Shown: positions 28,705-36,973 of the stretch, piece after piece
Layout: each line of letters begins with the position of its first letter
How positions within the stretch are numbered: position 1 is the stretch's first letter
NCBI GenBank assembly: GCA_005883615.1
Contig: VBEC01000024.1
Coordinates: 1,130 to 65,129 of the forward strand
Direction: 5' to 3'
Source of the DNA: Chloroflexota bacterium
GTDB taxonomy: Bacteria > Chloroflexota > Limnocylindria > Limnocylindrales > CSP1-4
Length of the DNA stretch: 64,000 bases
Program-made: the position numbers and the translations under genes
The notes under the pieces: model-generated
Told to the model about the DNA's origin: nothing
What the model saw: only the letters and a program-made list of their open reading frames with translations
The model's database searches: none

Positions 28705-29498
28705 TATCGACCCGCCTCCGGGAGCGGGCCTTCCATATGCGGCGAACCCCCTCTGCGGACGCCCCGTGCAGTCGTTCTGCCAGCCCACGCTGCGACCGGG
28801 ACCAGGAGCACCGGAACGTTCTCGAGCGAATAGAGAATGCCGGCATTGGAACCGTGCCCGTTGGTCAGTGAGCGAACCCAGTCAAGGGTCATCGGCAACA
28901 TGAGCACACCAACCAGAAGGAGCGAGATCGCGACTGTCCACCACCGCCAATCGCGGACGCCGACAAGCGCGAACGGGAGAAGCGTTGGCTTGACGAGGAT
29001 CAGTGCACTGACCCACGAATACCGGAGCGCGACGGCAAATACGGCGACGAGCCAAATAGTTGGCGTGCCGTACACGTAGATCATGAACGACCAGGGGAAG
29101 AAGGCGACAAGCGCGAGGATCGAGGCCACGGCCCACATGGCAGGCCGAAACGAAAAGAGCATCCATCCAGTGATCGCGATCGGAATTGCGTACCAGGCGA
29201 CTGCGGGCAGAAGGCTGAATGGCACGAACAAGGCAAGCATCTGGGGCGGATAGAGAACCGCCCCGGCCTCCAGGTCGTAAGGCCCGGCCAGTTGTTGCGG
29301 TGGATAGAACGATCCGCCGGCCAGCCACCGGTGGGTGGCATCCATGTAGAGCTTGTAGTCGAAGCCCGTGTGATGCCACAGGTCAGCGTTCGTGGCCAAT
29401 TGGCTCGCTTCAAGGACAATCAACAGAACGAGGCACCCGCAAACTGCCAGAAGCCCATCCTGCACGAGGCGGCTTCGCAACTGTTGAGCCTGGATCAT
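28704..29498 (-). CDS. GT87-like GT-C glycosyltransferase (short)
   Basis: GFDYKLYM, VLYPPQ, YGTPT, LVKPTL. Start at ATG 29498 has TAAGCT 7 nt upstream. Confidence 0.7.
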   Translation of the reverse strand: MIQAQQLRSRLVQDGLLAVCGCLVLLIVLEASQLATNADLWHHTGFDYKLYMDATHRWLAGGSFYPPQQLAGPYDLEAGAVLYPPQMLALFVPFSLLPAVAWYAIPIAITGWMLFSFRPAMWAVASILALVAFFPWSFMIYVYGTPTIWLVAVFAVALRYSWVSALILVKPTLLPFALVGVRDWRWWTVAISLLLVGVLMLPMTLDWVRSLTNGHGSNAGILYSLENVPVLLVPVAAWAGRTTARGVRRGGSPHMEGPLPEAGR

Positions 29499-29650
29499 CG
29501 CGGGAAGCTTAGTATCCGAGGCCCGGCCCATCGACCACCCATTCGGGGGATTGGAGCGGCCGGCGCGCCCATGGACGATCGGGTGGGCCCAGGCCGTCGC
29601 CTGCTGTCCCCGCTTGACTCCCTGCAGGCCTTGGGAAGAAACGAGCCCTG

Positions 29651-30409
29651 GTGATTTTGAAAGAAGACGCGCGCGGCATTCTCGCCGACCGGACCGCAGA
29701 GCCACTTGTCGCAGTCGTGATCCCTGCTCTAAACGAGGAGGGCAAGATTGGCCGCGTGCTGGACAAGTTCCCGCGGGACGGCCGATTCGAGGCGATCGTC
29801 GTCGATGACGGTTCCACGGACGGAACCGGTGAGGAGGCGCGCGAGCATGGCGCAGCCCTGGTCATCCGCCACGATGCTCGACAGGGCGTCGGAGGGGCGA
29901 TACGCGACGGTTGGGAGGCCGGCCTTGCCCGCAACCGGCCCTATCTGGCATTGCTGTCGGGTGACGACCAGCACGAACCGTCCGAGCTCGTCGGCGCTTT
30001 CGATCGGTTGCTCGCGACGGGCGCCGACTATGTCCAGGGCTCACGCTGGCGCAAAGGTGGGCGAGTCGAGGGCCCTTCGAGCGGCCGTGCGCTGGGGACC
30101 CGCTTCTACTCGGCGGTCTTCAGCGTGCTGACGCTGCGGCTCGTCACGGACGCCACCAATGGCTTCCGCATATTCCGCTCCGAGATCCTGGGGGACCCCG
30201 CGATCAACATCCGCCAGCCGTGGCTGGACAGCTACGACCTGGAGCCCTACGTGTTGTACAAGGCGATCCAGCGCGGCTACAAGGTCATCGAGCATCCCTG
30301 CACGGTCGTCTACCATGCCCGCGGCGGGTATACCAAGATGCGCGGACTGCGTGACTGGTGGCGCCTGTTCCGACCGGCATTGCTGCTGCGAACGGGGGTC
30401 AAGAGATGA
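29651..30409 (+). CDS. GT2, DPM1-like polyprenyl-phosphate glycosyltransferase (paralog A)
   Basis: VVIPALNE, VVDDGSTD, SGDDQH, QGSRW, DATNGFR. Confidence 0.88.
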   Translation: MILKEDARGILADRTAEPLVAVVIPALNEEGKIGRVLDKFPRDGRFEAIVVDDGSTDGTGEEAREHGAALVIRHDARQGVGGAIRDGWEAGLARNRPYLALLSGDDQHEPSELVGAFDRLLATGADYVQGSRWRKGGRVEGPSSGRALGTRFYSAVFSVLTLRLVTDATNGFRIFRSEILGDPAINIRQPWLDSYDLEPYVLYKAIQRGYKVIEHPCTVVYHARGGYTKMRGLRDWWRLFRPALLLRTGVKR

Positions 30410-31407
30410 ACGGGGTCTTCGAGCAGGCTTTTCGCGGTCGGCGCGTCCTCGTCACAGGCGGTGCGGGCTTCGTCGGGGGAGCGGTAGCTCAACGCCTCGT
30501 TGAGCTCGGCGCTCAGGTCACAGTTCTGGACGACCTCTTTACGGGCCTGCCCGAAACCGTTCCCAATGGCGCACGGTTCGTTCAGGGCTCGGTCACCGAT
30601 CAGGCCCTGATCAACGACCTCGTGGCCGAGAACGCGCTCGTGTTCCACCTGGCAGCGCGCAACATCATCGCCTCAACAAAGAACCCCCGCGACGACTTCG
30701 AGACGAACATCGGCGGGACGCTGAACGTGCTGATGGCGGCTCGCGAAACGAAGGTCGACCGGATCGTCTACTCGTCGTCGACGTCGATCTACGGGAACCC
30801 TCGCTCGATCCCGATCAACGAAGACGACCTGCTCATTCCGCTCACGCCGTATGCCGTGAGCAAGCTCGGGGGGGAGCACTACTGCTTCGCCTTCTACGAG
30901 AGCTACGGGCTGCCCATCGGGTGCGTCCGCTATTCGAACATCTACGGTCCGGGCCAGCGGCCCGACAACCCGTACTGCGGGGTCGTCTCGAAGTTCCTGG
31001 CCATGACCGACGACGGTGCCCCGATATCCATCCACGGGGACGGCGAACAGACACGAGACTTCACGTTCATCGATGACGCGGTCGATGCGACGCTGCTGAC
31101 CGCGATCCATCCGCGGGCCGAAGGCGAGGTCTTCAACGTCGGCACGGGCATTGAAACCTCCGTCAACCAGCTCGCGCGGATGATCGGTCGGGCTCTCGAC
31201 ATCCCGGTCACTCTGGAGCACATCGACCGGCGCGACGTCGACAACATCCGACGACGCGTCGTGAACATCGAAAAGGCGCGCCGGATGCTTCGCTGGGCCC
31301 CTCAGATCACTCTGGAGCAGGGCCTCGCGCGGACGGCAATCTGGTTCCGGGAGACCGGATTCGCGGCTGAGCGGGACGCTCCGGCCACAGGGGCCGCGAC
31401 GCACTGA
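30406..31407 (+). CDS. NAD-dependent epimerase (UDP-hexose 4-epimerase-like SDR)
   Basis: VTGGAGFVG, YSSSTSIYG, PYAVSK, RYSNIYGPGQ, QTRDFTFIDD. Confidence 0.92.
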   Translation: MNGVFEQAFRGRRVLVTGGAGFVGGAVAQRLVELGAQVTVLDDLFTGLPETVPNGARFVQGSVTDQALINDLVAENALVFHLAARNIIASTKNPRDDFETNIGGTLNVLMAARETKVDRIVYSSSTSIYGNPRSIPINEDDLLIPLTPYAVSKLGGEHYCFAFYESYGLPIGCVRYSNIYGPGQRPDNPYCGVVSKFLAMTDDGAPISIHGDGEQTRDFTFIDDAVDATLLTAIHPRAEGEVFNVGTGIETSVNQLARMIGRALDIPVTLEHIDRRDVDNIRRRVVNIEKARRMLRWAPQITLEQGLARTAIWFRETGFAAERDAPATGAATH

Positions 31408-31577
31408 TCGCGTCGGTCCAGGCCCATTGCACGAGCTCCACCTTTGGATGCGACCGTCCTCCCAGAGGGTACTAACGGAGTGTTGCCAGTTGGCATCGCC
31501 TTCACGAACATAGCCTCCGAGCGTGGCGATTCTGAGAGATTCATGTCCACGCCTGCTAACGCGAGAGCTCGAGTGAA

Positions 31578-32576
31578 TTGAGATACCTGATCACGGGCGG
31601 TGCCGGCTTCATCGGGTCGCATGTTGCTGACCGCCTCGTCGGGCGCGGCGATACCGTCAGCCTTCTCGACGATCTCTCCACCGGGAGCACGGCCAACATC
31701 CAACATCTTCTGTCGGGTCCCTCGTCCGCCGCGGTCCGATTCACCGAAGGGTCGGTGCTGGACCACAGCCTCGTGAGCCAGCTCACACGCGAGGTCGATG
31801 TGATCGTCCACCTTGCCGCGACGGTGGGCGTCGAGCTGGTCGTCAAGAAGCCACTTGAAACCCTGCTCAACAATGTCCGGGGAACCGAGATCGTGCTCGA
31901 TGTCGCCGTTCAAAGGGGGACCAAGGTCCTCGTGACCTCGACATCCGAGATCTACGGAAAGAACGCCGCCGGCGCCCTGCACGAGGAATCAGACCGAATC
32001 CTTGGTTCGCTCCTCAAGGCGCGCTGGGCCTACGCGACCTCAAAGGAGGTCGATGAAATCTTCGCGTTCGAGTACTGGCGGCAGCGGAAATTACCGACCG
32101 TCGTGGCCCGCCTGTTCAACTGCGTCGGCCCCCGCCAGACAGGCGCGTACGGCATGGTTGTGCCGCGCTTTGTCCGGCAGGCCCTGACCGGGGAGGATCT
32201 CACCGTTTTCGGTGACGGGACGCAATCGCGCTGCTTCTGCCATGTCATGGATGCGGTCGGCGGTCTCGTGGCGCTCCTGGACTGCGACGAGGCGATCGGC
32301 GATGTGTTCAACGTCGGGTCGCAGAACGAGATCAGCGTCCGATCGCTCGCCGAGTTGCTGATTGAGATGACGGCCTCCTCGTCATCCATTCGCTACGTGC
32401 CATACAGCGAGGCCTACGAGCCGGGCTTCGAGGACATGGAGAGACGGCTGCCTGACATTTCCAAGATCACGGGGCTGACCGGCTGGGTTCCTCGGCAGGG
32501 GCTGAAGGAAATCCTGGAGGATGTCATCGAATACGAGCGCCGCCCCCTGGCAGGGGCAGAGGCCGCTGATGTTTGA
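31578..32576 (+). CDS. NAD-dependent SDR, UDP-glucuronate decarboxylase/ArnA-C-like
   Basis: ITGGAGFIGSH, TSTSEIYGK, RWAYATSK, RLFNCVGPRQ, QSRCFCHV. Confidence 0.85.
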   Translation: MRYLITGGAGFIGSHVADRLVGRGDTVSLLDDLSTGSTANIQHLLSGPSSAAVRFTEGSVLDHSLVSQLTREVDVIVHLAATVGVELVVKKPLETLLNNVRGTEIVLDVAVQRGTKVLVTSTSEIYGKNAAGALHEESDRILGSLLKARWAYATSKEVDEIFAFEYWRQRKLPTVVARLFNCVGPRQTGAYGMVVPRFVRQALTGEDLTVFGDGTQSRCFCHVMDAVGGLVALLDCDEAIGDVFNVGSQNEISVRSLAELLIEMTASSSSIRYVPYSEAYEPGFEDMERRLPDISKITGLTGWVPRQGLKEILEDVIEYERRPLAGAEAADV

Positions 32577-33297
32577 AGACCTCAGCGAGGCGCCGCTGGT
32601 TGCGGTTGTGATTCCCGCGCTCAACGAGGCGGGCAAGGTTGGACGAGTGCTCGATGGGATACCTCGTGATGGCCGGTTCGAGGCCATCGTCGTGGATGAC
32701 GGTTCGACGGACCAGACTTCAGATGAGGCACGAGCTCATGGAGCGGCCGTGGTGCTGCGCCACGACCTGAGAGCTGGCAAAGGAGTCGCGATTCGGGACG
32801 GATGGGAGGAAGGTATCCGGCGTGGCCGGCCATATCTGGCGATCATCGATGCCGACGACCAGCACGATGCGGCGGATCTTGCGAGCGCCCTGGACGACCT
32901 CCTCGCCAGGGATGCTGACTACCTCCAGGGCTCACGTTGGATGCGTGGCGGGCGAGTCGTGGGGCCTGCCGGCGGGCGGGGTTTCGGGACCCGCGTGTAT
33001 TCGTTGGCCTTCAGCATCCTTGCGATGCGCCGCGTAAGCGACGCGACCAATGGCTTCCGGATCTTAAAGGCCTCGATCCTGAAGGACCCGGCAATCGATC
33101 TCCATCAATCCTGGCTCACAAGCTACGACCTCGAGCCGTACGTCCTCTACAAAGCGATCCGTCTCGGTTATCGCGTTGTCGAGCACCCCGTAACTGTCCG
33201 CTACCACGGCGATGGCTACACCAAGATGCAGGGGGTTCGGGACTGGTGGCGGCTGTTTCGGCCCGCCCTCCTTCTACGGACCGGCCTCAAGCACTGA
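32569..33297 (+). CDS. GT2, DPM1-like polyprenyl-phosphate glycosyltransferase (paralog B)
   Basis: Colinear with 29651 gene; DADDQH motif. Confidence 0.88.
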   Translation: MFEDLSEAPLVAVVIPALNEAGKVGRVLDGIPRDGRFEAIVVDDGSTDQTSDEARAHGAAVVLRHDLRAGKGVAIRDGWEEGIRRGRPYLAIIDADDQHDAADLASALDDLLARDADYLQGSRWMRGGRVVGPAGGRGFGTRVYSLAFSILAMRRVSDATNGFRILKASILKDPAIDLHQSWLTSYDLEPYVLYKAIRLGYRVVEHPVTVRYHGDGYTKMQGVRDWWRLFRPALLLRTGLKH

Positions 33298-33343
33298 CCA
33301 AACGATCCGCCTGAGGCGCGTCCGGGTCTTCGGATCGTCCGGT

Positions 33344-34345
33344 CTAGGTCGGCGGTCGCGCCGGCGCGCGTGTTGGCGCGTTGGAGGTCCGGGCAAACGG
33401 GATCGCGATCGTCACCAGCAGACTGATCTGCTCGAAGTACACGACAGGCGACACGATGACCGAGGCTGCCGCCGCGACGGCGAACGACGCGGCTGGTCTT
33501 TGCCGCAACAGCCAGATCAGGGCAAGGCAGACCACGCCCACAACCGGAGTTACCAGCGGCACGAGATCATGAGGCAGGCCCCAGCTCCCGGCAATTCCAG
33601 CGAGGCTGAGTCGCGATACGCCAGTCGTGCTCGTCTGCTGCGCTATGGACAGGAACTCGACATGGCTGTCCCAGCCCGCCCCAATCACGCTCACCGCGAG
33701 AATTGCGATGCCCGAGGGGATTGACCAACCGACCGCGGCCGTCCGCCTCCGGACCAGGAGCCACCAGCCAAAGACGCCCTGTGTGAGCTTGATTGCGGTT
33801 ACGGCCGCGACGGCAACTCCAGCTATTTGTGGCCGATCGTTGCGGTCCGCCCACCAGATCAGGCCGTAGACCGGGAACAGGAACGCGCCCACGTTTCCGG
33901 CAACGCACAACAGCGCGACAGCAGGACTGAGCAGGATCAGGAGCCACAACCCCGACGCTCTCGATCGCCGGACGAGCCATGCGACGGTGATCACACTGAC
34001 AACCGCTGCGGCTATCCACCACGCGTACATCGCGACGTCGCCCAGGGCGGCGAGCGGCCGCCATAGAACGGCAATCGGGGGCGGATTGAGGAGGGGCACC
34101 GTCCAGTACGGGGGATTAGGTGGTCCCATGCGATCGCCGGGTTGGATGGCGTAAAGATCGTGGCCGGCGTTGAGCCTTTGGCCCGCGGCGTAGTAGTTGG
34201 AAACGTCGCCTCCGATCCTGGTCGGATCGAAGAACTCCGGAAAGAAGACCGCGACGATGCCGACCATCGCGAGCAGGAAAAGCACGGCAGCCGCCCGCAG
34301 GAGCCGCTCGGGTCCGAGCCTGACTACGACCCGAACACCGGGCAT
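33344..34345 (-). CDS. GT87-like GT-C glycosyltransferase
   Basis: GGDVSNYY, RLNAGHDLY, NPPPIAVLWRPLA, AGNVG, AIKL. Confidence 0.8.
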   Translation of the reverse strand: MPGVRVVVRLGPERLLRAAAVLFLLAMVGIVAVFFPEFFDPTRIGGDVSNYYAAGQRLNAGHDLYAIQPGDRMGPPNPPYWTVPLLNPPPIAVLWRPLAALGDVAMYAWWIAAAVVSVITVAWLVRRSRASGLWLLILLSPAVALLCVAGNVGAFLFPVYGLIWWADRNDRPQIAGVAVAAVTAIKLTQGVFGWWLLVRRRTAAVGWSIPSGIAILAVSVIGAGWDSHVEFLSIAQQTSTTGVSRLSLAGIAGSWGLPHDLVPLVTPVVGVVCLALIWLLRQRPAASFAVAAAASVIVSPVVYFEQISLLVTIAIPFARTSNAPTRAPARPPT

Positions 34346-34398
34346 TTCCCGGAGTGCATCCAGCCGAGCGGTCGCCGGGCGGATGTGCGTGTCCCGAC

Positions 34399-35499
34399 TC
34401 AGATGCGGGTCGTGGCCCAGTACCGCTCGGCGGCGGCGCCTTCGAGGCCGCCCAGCGCCGCGACCTTTGTCGCGAAGGTGCGCACGGCCTTGGCCATTTC
34501 GCCGCCACCGCCAAAGAGCCGATCGATCTGGCTGCTGTAAATCGTCAGGCCCGTGATCTTTCGCTCGAGCTGGTCGGAGACATTCGCGTACTCGGGCCAC
34601 AGGGACACGTCCGCGGGGAGGCGCGCGAGGGCGTGCGGGGGAAGATCCTCGAGCCGGCTGAACTCGCGCCACCAGGCGTACGGGAAATCCTCGTAGAAGG
34701 TGACGATACCCGCCCATTCCGGCCCGGGCATGACCCATCGACGACCATCGCCCAGCATCGCCATGCCTGCGTCACGAACAAGCTGGTGGTCGACGTGGTT
34801 GCCGATGCCGAGCGGAAAATAGACCTTCTGCGGTTCGAGGCGGGCGATCTCGCGACGGAGAATATCCGCCGGGTTGCGATCGTCCGTGCGCGGCATCCCC
34901 AGGAGCTGGTCGTCGCCCTCATAGCCGCGGAACACGGCGTCCGGCAGGTCCAGGAACACGACCGACGCCTCAGCGAAATACGCATAACGCTCGTCTTCCA
35001 GTCGCCGGGCGGCCATCAGATCGCCGGCCGCCTCCGCGGAAACGAGCTCCTCGGTCAGGATGGCACCCTGCGTCGGCTCGTCGTCGATCAGGGGTCGTTG
35101 GCCGATCGCCTCATTGTGGATGTTCGCGCGGCGGTACCACGACGACCGCTGCCAGAAGCGCTTGGCGGCCGCATCGGCTTCGGTTTGGGTGGCCTCCAGC
35201 CGGTCGGTGATGGCGGACCACGCTGGAACGACTTCGCCGGACGGGTCGCCCGGGTAGACCGGACAGTCGTTGGTCAGGCTCGAACGGTTGAACGCCTCGC
35301 TCACCGGCCATAGCGTCTTCGTCCCGAAGCCGAGCGCCTCGCGCTGGTACGAAGTCAGGGAATCCTCGCCGAGCGAGCTCGCTCCCGAATACGCGGTGAT
35401 GATGGTGACGTTCTGTCCGAGCTCGCGGAGGCTCGCAATCAGCCCCCCGCAGGAGAGGGCTACATCGTCGGGATGAGGCGCGACGAAGACATGGGCCAT
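34399..35499 (-). CDS. PIG-L/LmbE-family deacetylase
   Basis: APHPDD, RRLED, FLDLPDA, NHVDH, FYEDFPY, YSSQ. Confidence 0.88.
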   Translation of the reverse strand: MAHVFVAPHPDDVALSCGGLIASLRELGQNVTIITAYSGASSLGEDSLTSYQREALGFGTKTLWPVSEAFNRSSLTNDCPVYPGDPSGEVVPAWSAITDRLEATQTEADAAAKRFWQRSSWYRRANIHNEAIGQRPLIDDEPTQGAILTEELVSAEAAGDLMAARRLEDERYAYFAEASVVFLDLPDAVFRGYEGDDQLLGMPRTDDRNPADILRREIARLEPQKVYFPLGIGNHVDHQLVRDAGMAMLGDGRRWVMPGPEWAGIVTFYEDFPYAWWREFSRLEDLPPHALARLPADVSLWPEYANVSDQLERKITGLTIYSSQIDRLFGGGGEMAKAVRTFATKVAALGGLEGAAAERYWATTRI

Positions 35500-35540
35500 G
35501 GCCGCGCGAGTATACCGAGGGCTACCTGCGAGCCGTCTCC

Positions 35541-36212
35541 TCAGGCGTCGTGGGGGAAGCCCTCGCTGCCGATCAGCGGCACGAAGACGCATGGCCCGTC
35601 GGAGCGTTCGACCCACTCATTGCCCTGTCGTATCACGACCAGCAGCTCCTGCCGGTCGCGCGGCCCAACCGGGATCACCATCCGGCCACCGTCCGGGTCG
35701 AGCTGCTCGCGCAACGCCATCGGGATGGTCGGTGCGGCGGCCGTGACGATGATTCTGGGCCAGGGCGCCTCTTCGGGGACGCCGGCGCTTCCGTCGCCGG
35801 CTCGAACGACGACCGCGTCGGCGAGGCCGAGCTCCTGCAAGCGCCCGCGCGCCTGCGCGATGAGGTCCTCCTGGCGCTCGATCGTGGTCACCTCGGCTCC
35901 CAGCTTCGCGAGTATCGCAGCCTGGTAGCCCGACCCCGTCCCGATCTCGAGCACCCGATCGCCGGGGCGAACGTCCAGCAGCTCGGTCATCCGGGCAACG
36001 ATGTACGGCTGGCTGATCGTCTGGCCTGCCTCGATCGGAAGGGCTTCGTCCGCATATGCCTGCGAACGCCGCCAACCGGGCACGAACAGCTCGCGCGGCA
36101 CCTCGCCCATGGCCTTGAGCACGCGCTCGTCTCTGACCCCCCTGCCCCGCAGCTGACCGGCGACCATCGCCGCGCGCTGGGCCTCGAGCGACCGCTGGCC
36201 GCCGATGCGCAT
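35541..36212 (-). CDS. pcm: Protein-L-isoaspartate O-methyltransferase
   Basis: VPRELFVP, AYADEALPIEAGQTISQPYIVA, VLEIGTGSGYQAA, IIVTAAAP, CVFVPLIG. Confidence 0.96.
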   Translation of the reverse strand: MRIGGQRSLEAQRAAMVAGQLRGRGVRDERVLKAMGEVPRELFVPGWRRSQAYADEALPIEAGQTISQPYIVARMTELLDVRPGDRVLEIGTGSGYQAAILAKLGAEVTTIERQEDLIAQARGRLQELGLADAVVVRAGDGSAGVPEEAPWPRIIVTAAAPTIPMALREQLDPDGGRMVIPVGPRDRQELLVVIRQGNEWVERSDGPCVFVPLIGSEGFPHDA

Positions 36213-36246
36213 CGCTTGAGGATACGCCGGCCCTGATATTCAGAAG

Positions 36247-36852
36247 CTAAGGGCTGGCGCTCGCCTTGGGGGTTGCCGTCGGCTTCTTGGTGGCAGTCGC
36301 GGAGGGCGATGATGACGGTGACGGCGACGGCGACGGCGACGGCGACGGGGACACCTCGGCCGAAGCCGGTGGTTCGGTCGGGCTCGGAGAGGGTGACGGA
36401 AGGGGCGTGAGGATGCCACCCGTGCCCAGGAACACGCCCCATAACAGCAGGCCTGTGAACGCGGCTACGACTGCAATCACGTAGAGCGCTGAGATCCGAT
36501 CGTCGATCCGAACGGCAACTTCCGAGGGCGTCGGGGGTGCCGGTGGGACGACAGTCCTCGCGGGCCGGCCGAAGCGTCGAGCGGGTCCGGTCGGAGCGAC
36601 GGGGAGCGGCAACTCTTCCGCCCCGACTTCCGCATCTGCGTCCTTCGTGGCGGCGGTGGTCAGAGCCGCTTCGTACGCGTCGTCGTCCTCGATCTCCCCG
36701 AGATCACCATCGACATCGTCCTCGGGGAGGGGCTCGTGGGCCGCCATGCTTTCGCTGACCCCAGCCTCGACCTCGGAGTCGCTTTCGGCCTCAGGCGCGG
36801 TCTCTTCGGGCGGGGTCGAGCCCTCTGCCTTGCCCGCATCGCCTTCAGTCAT
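36247..36852 (-). CDS. Hypothetical single-pass membrane protein with acidic N-terminus and Pro/Ser-rich tail
   Basis: D/E-rich first 80 aa, one TM (ALYVIAVVAAFTGLLLWGVFL), PSPSPS tail. Confidence 0.65.
   Translation of the reverse strand: MTEGDAGKAEGSTPPEETAPEAESDSEVEAGVSESMAAHEPLPEDDVDGDLGEIEDDDAYEAALTTAATKDADAEVGAEELPLPVAPTGPARRFGRPARTVVPPAPPTPSEVAVRIDDRISALYVIAVVAAFTGLLLWGVFLGTGGILTPLPSPSPSPTEPPASAEVSPSPSPSPSPSPSSSPSATATKKPTATPKASASP
36314..36349. repeat. Hexanucleotide tandem repeat (GACGGY/G)x6 encoding PS repeats
   Basis: gacggt gacggc gacggc gacggc gacggc gacggg; translates as (PS)n on the minus strand. Confidence 0.85.
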
Positions 36853-36973
36853 CCCGTCGTCGCTTACCTCTGAACGTAGAGATCGCGCGGTTGGCCCGCG
36901 CGCGGGCGCCAGTGTATCGAAGCGGGCCAGTCGACGTCCGGGCCCGACGCCCGCCTCGGCGTTTCTCAGGGGA

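Noticed and set aside
36314-36349. Tandem repeat as CRISPR or phase-variation tract
   Set aside because: In-frame hexamer encoding PS linker; no spacers, no cas genes.
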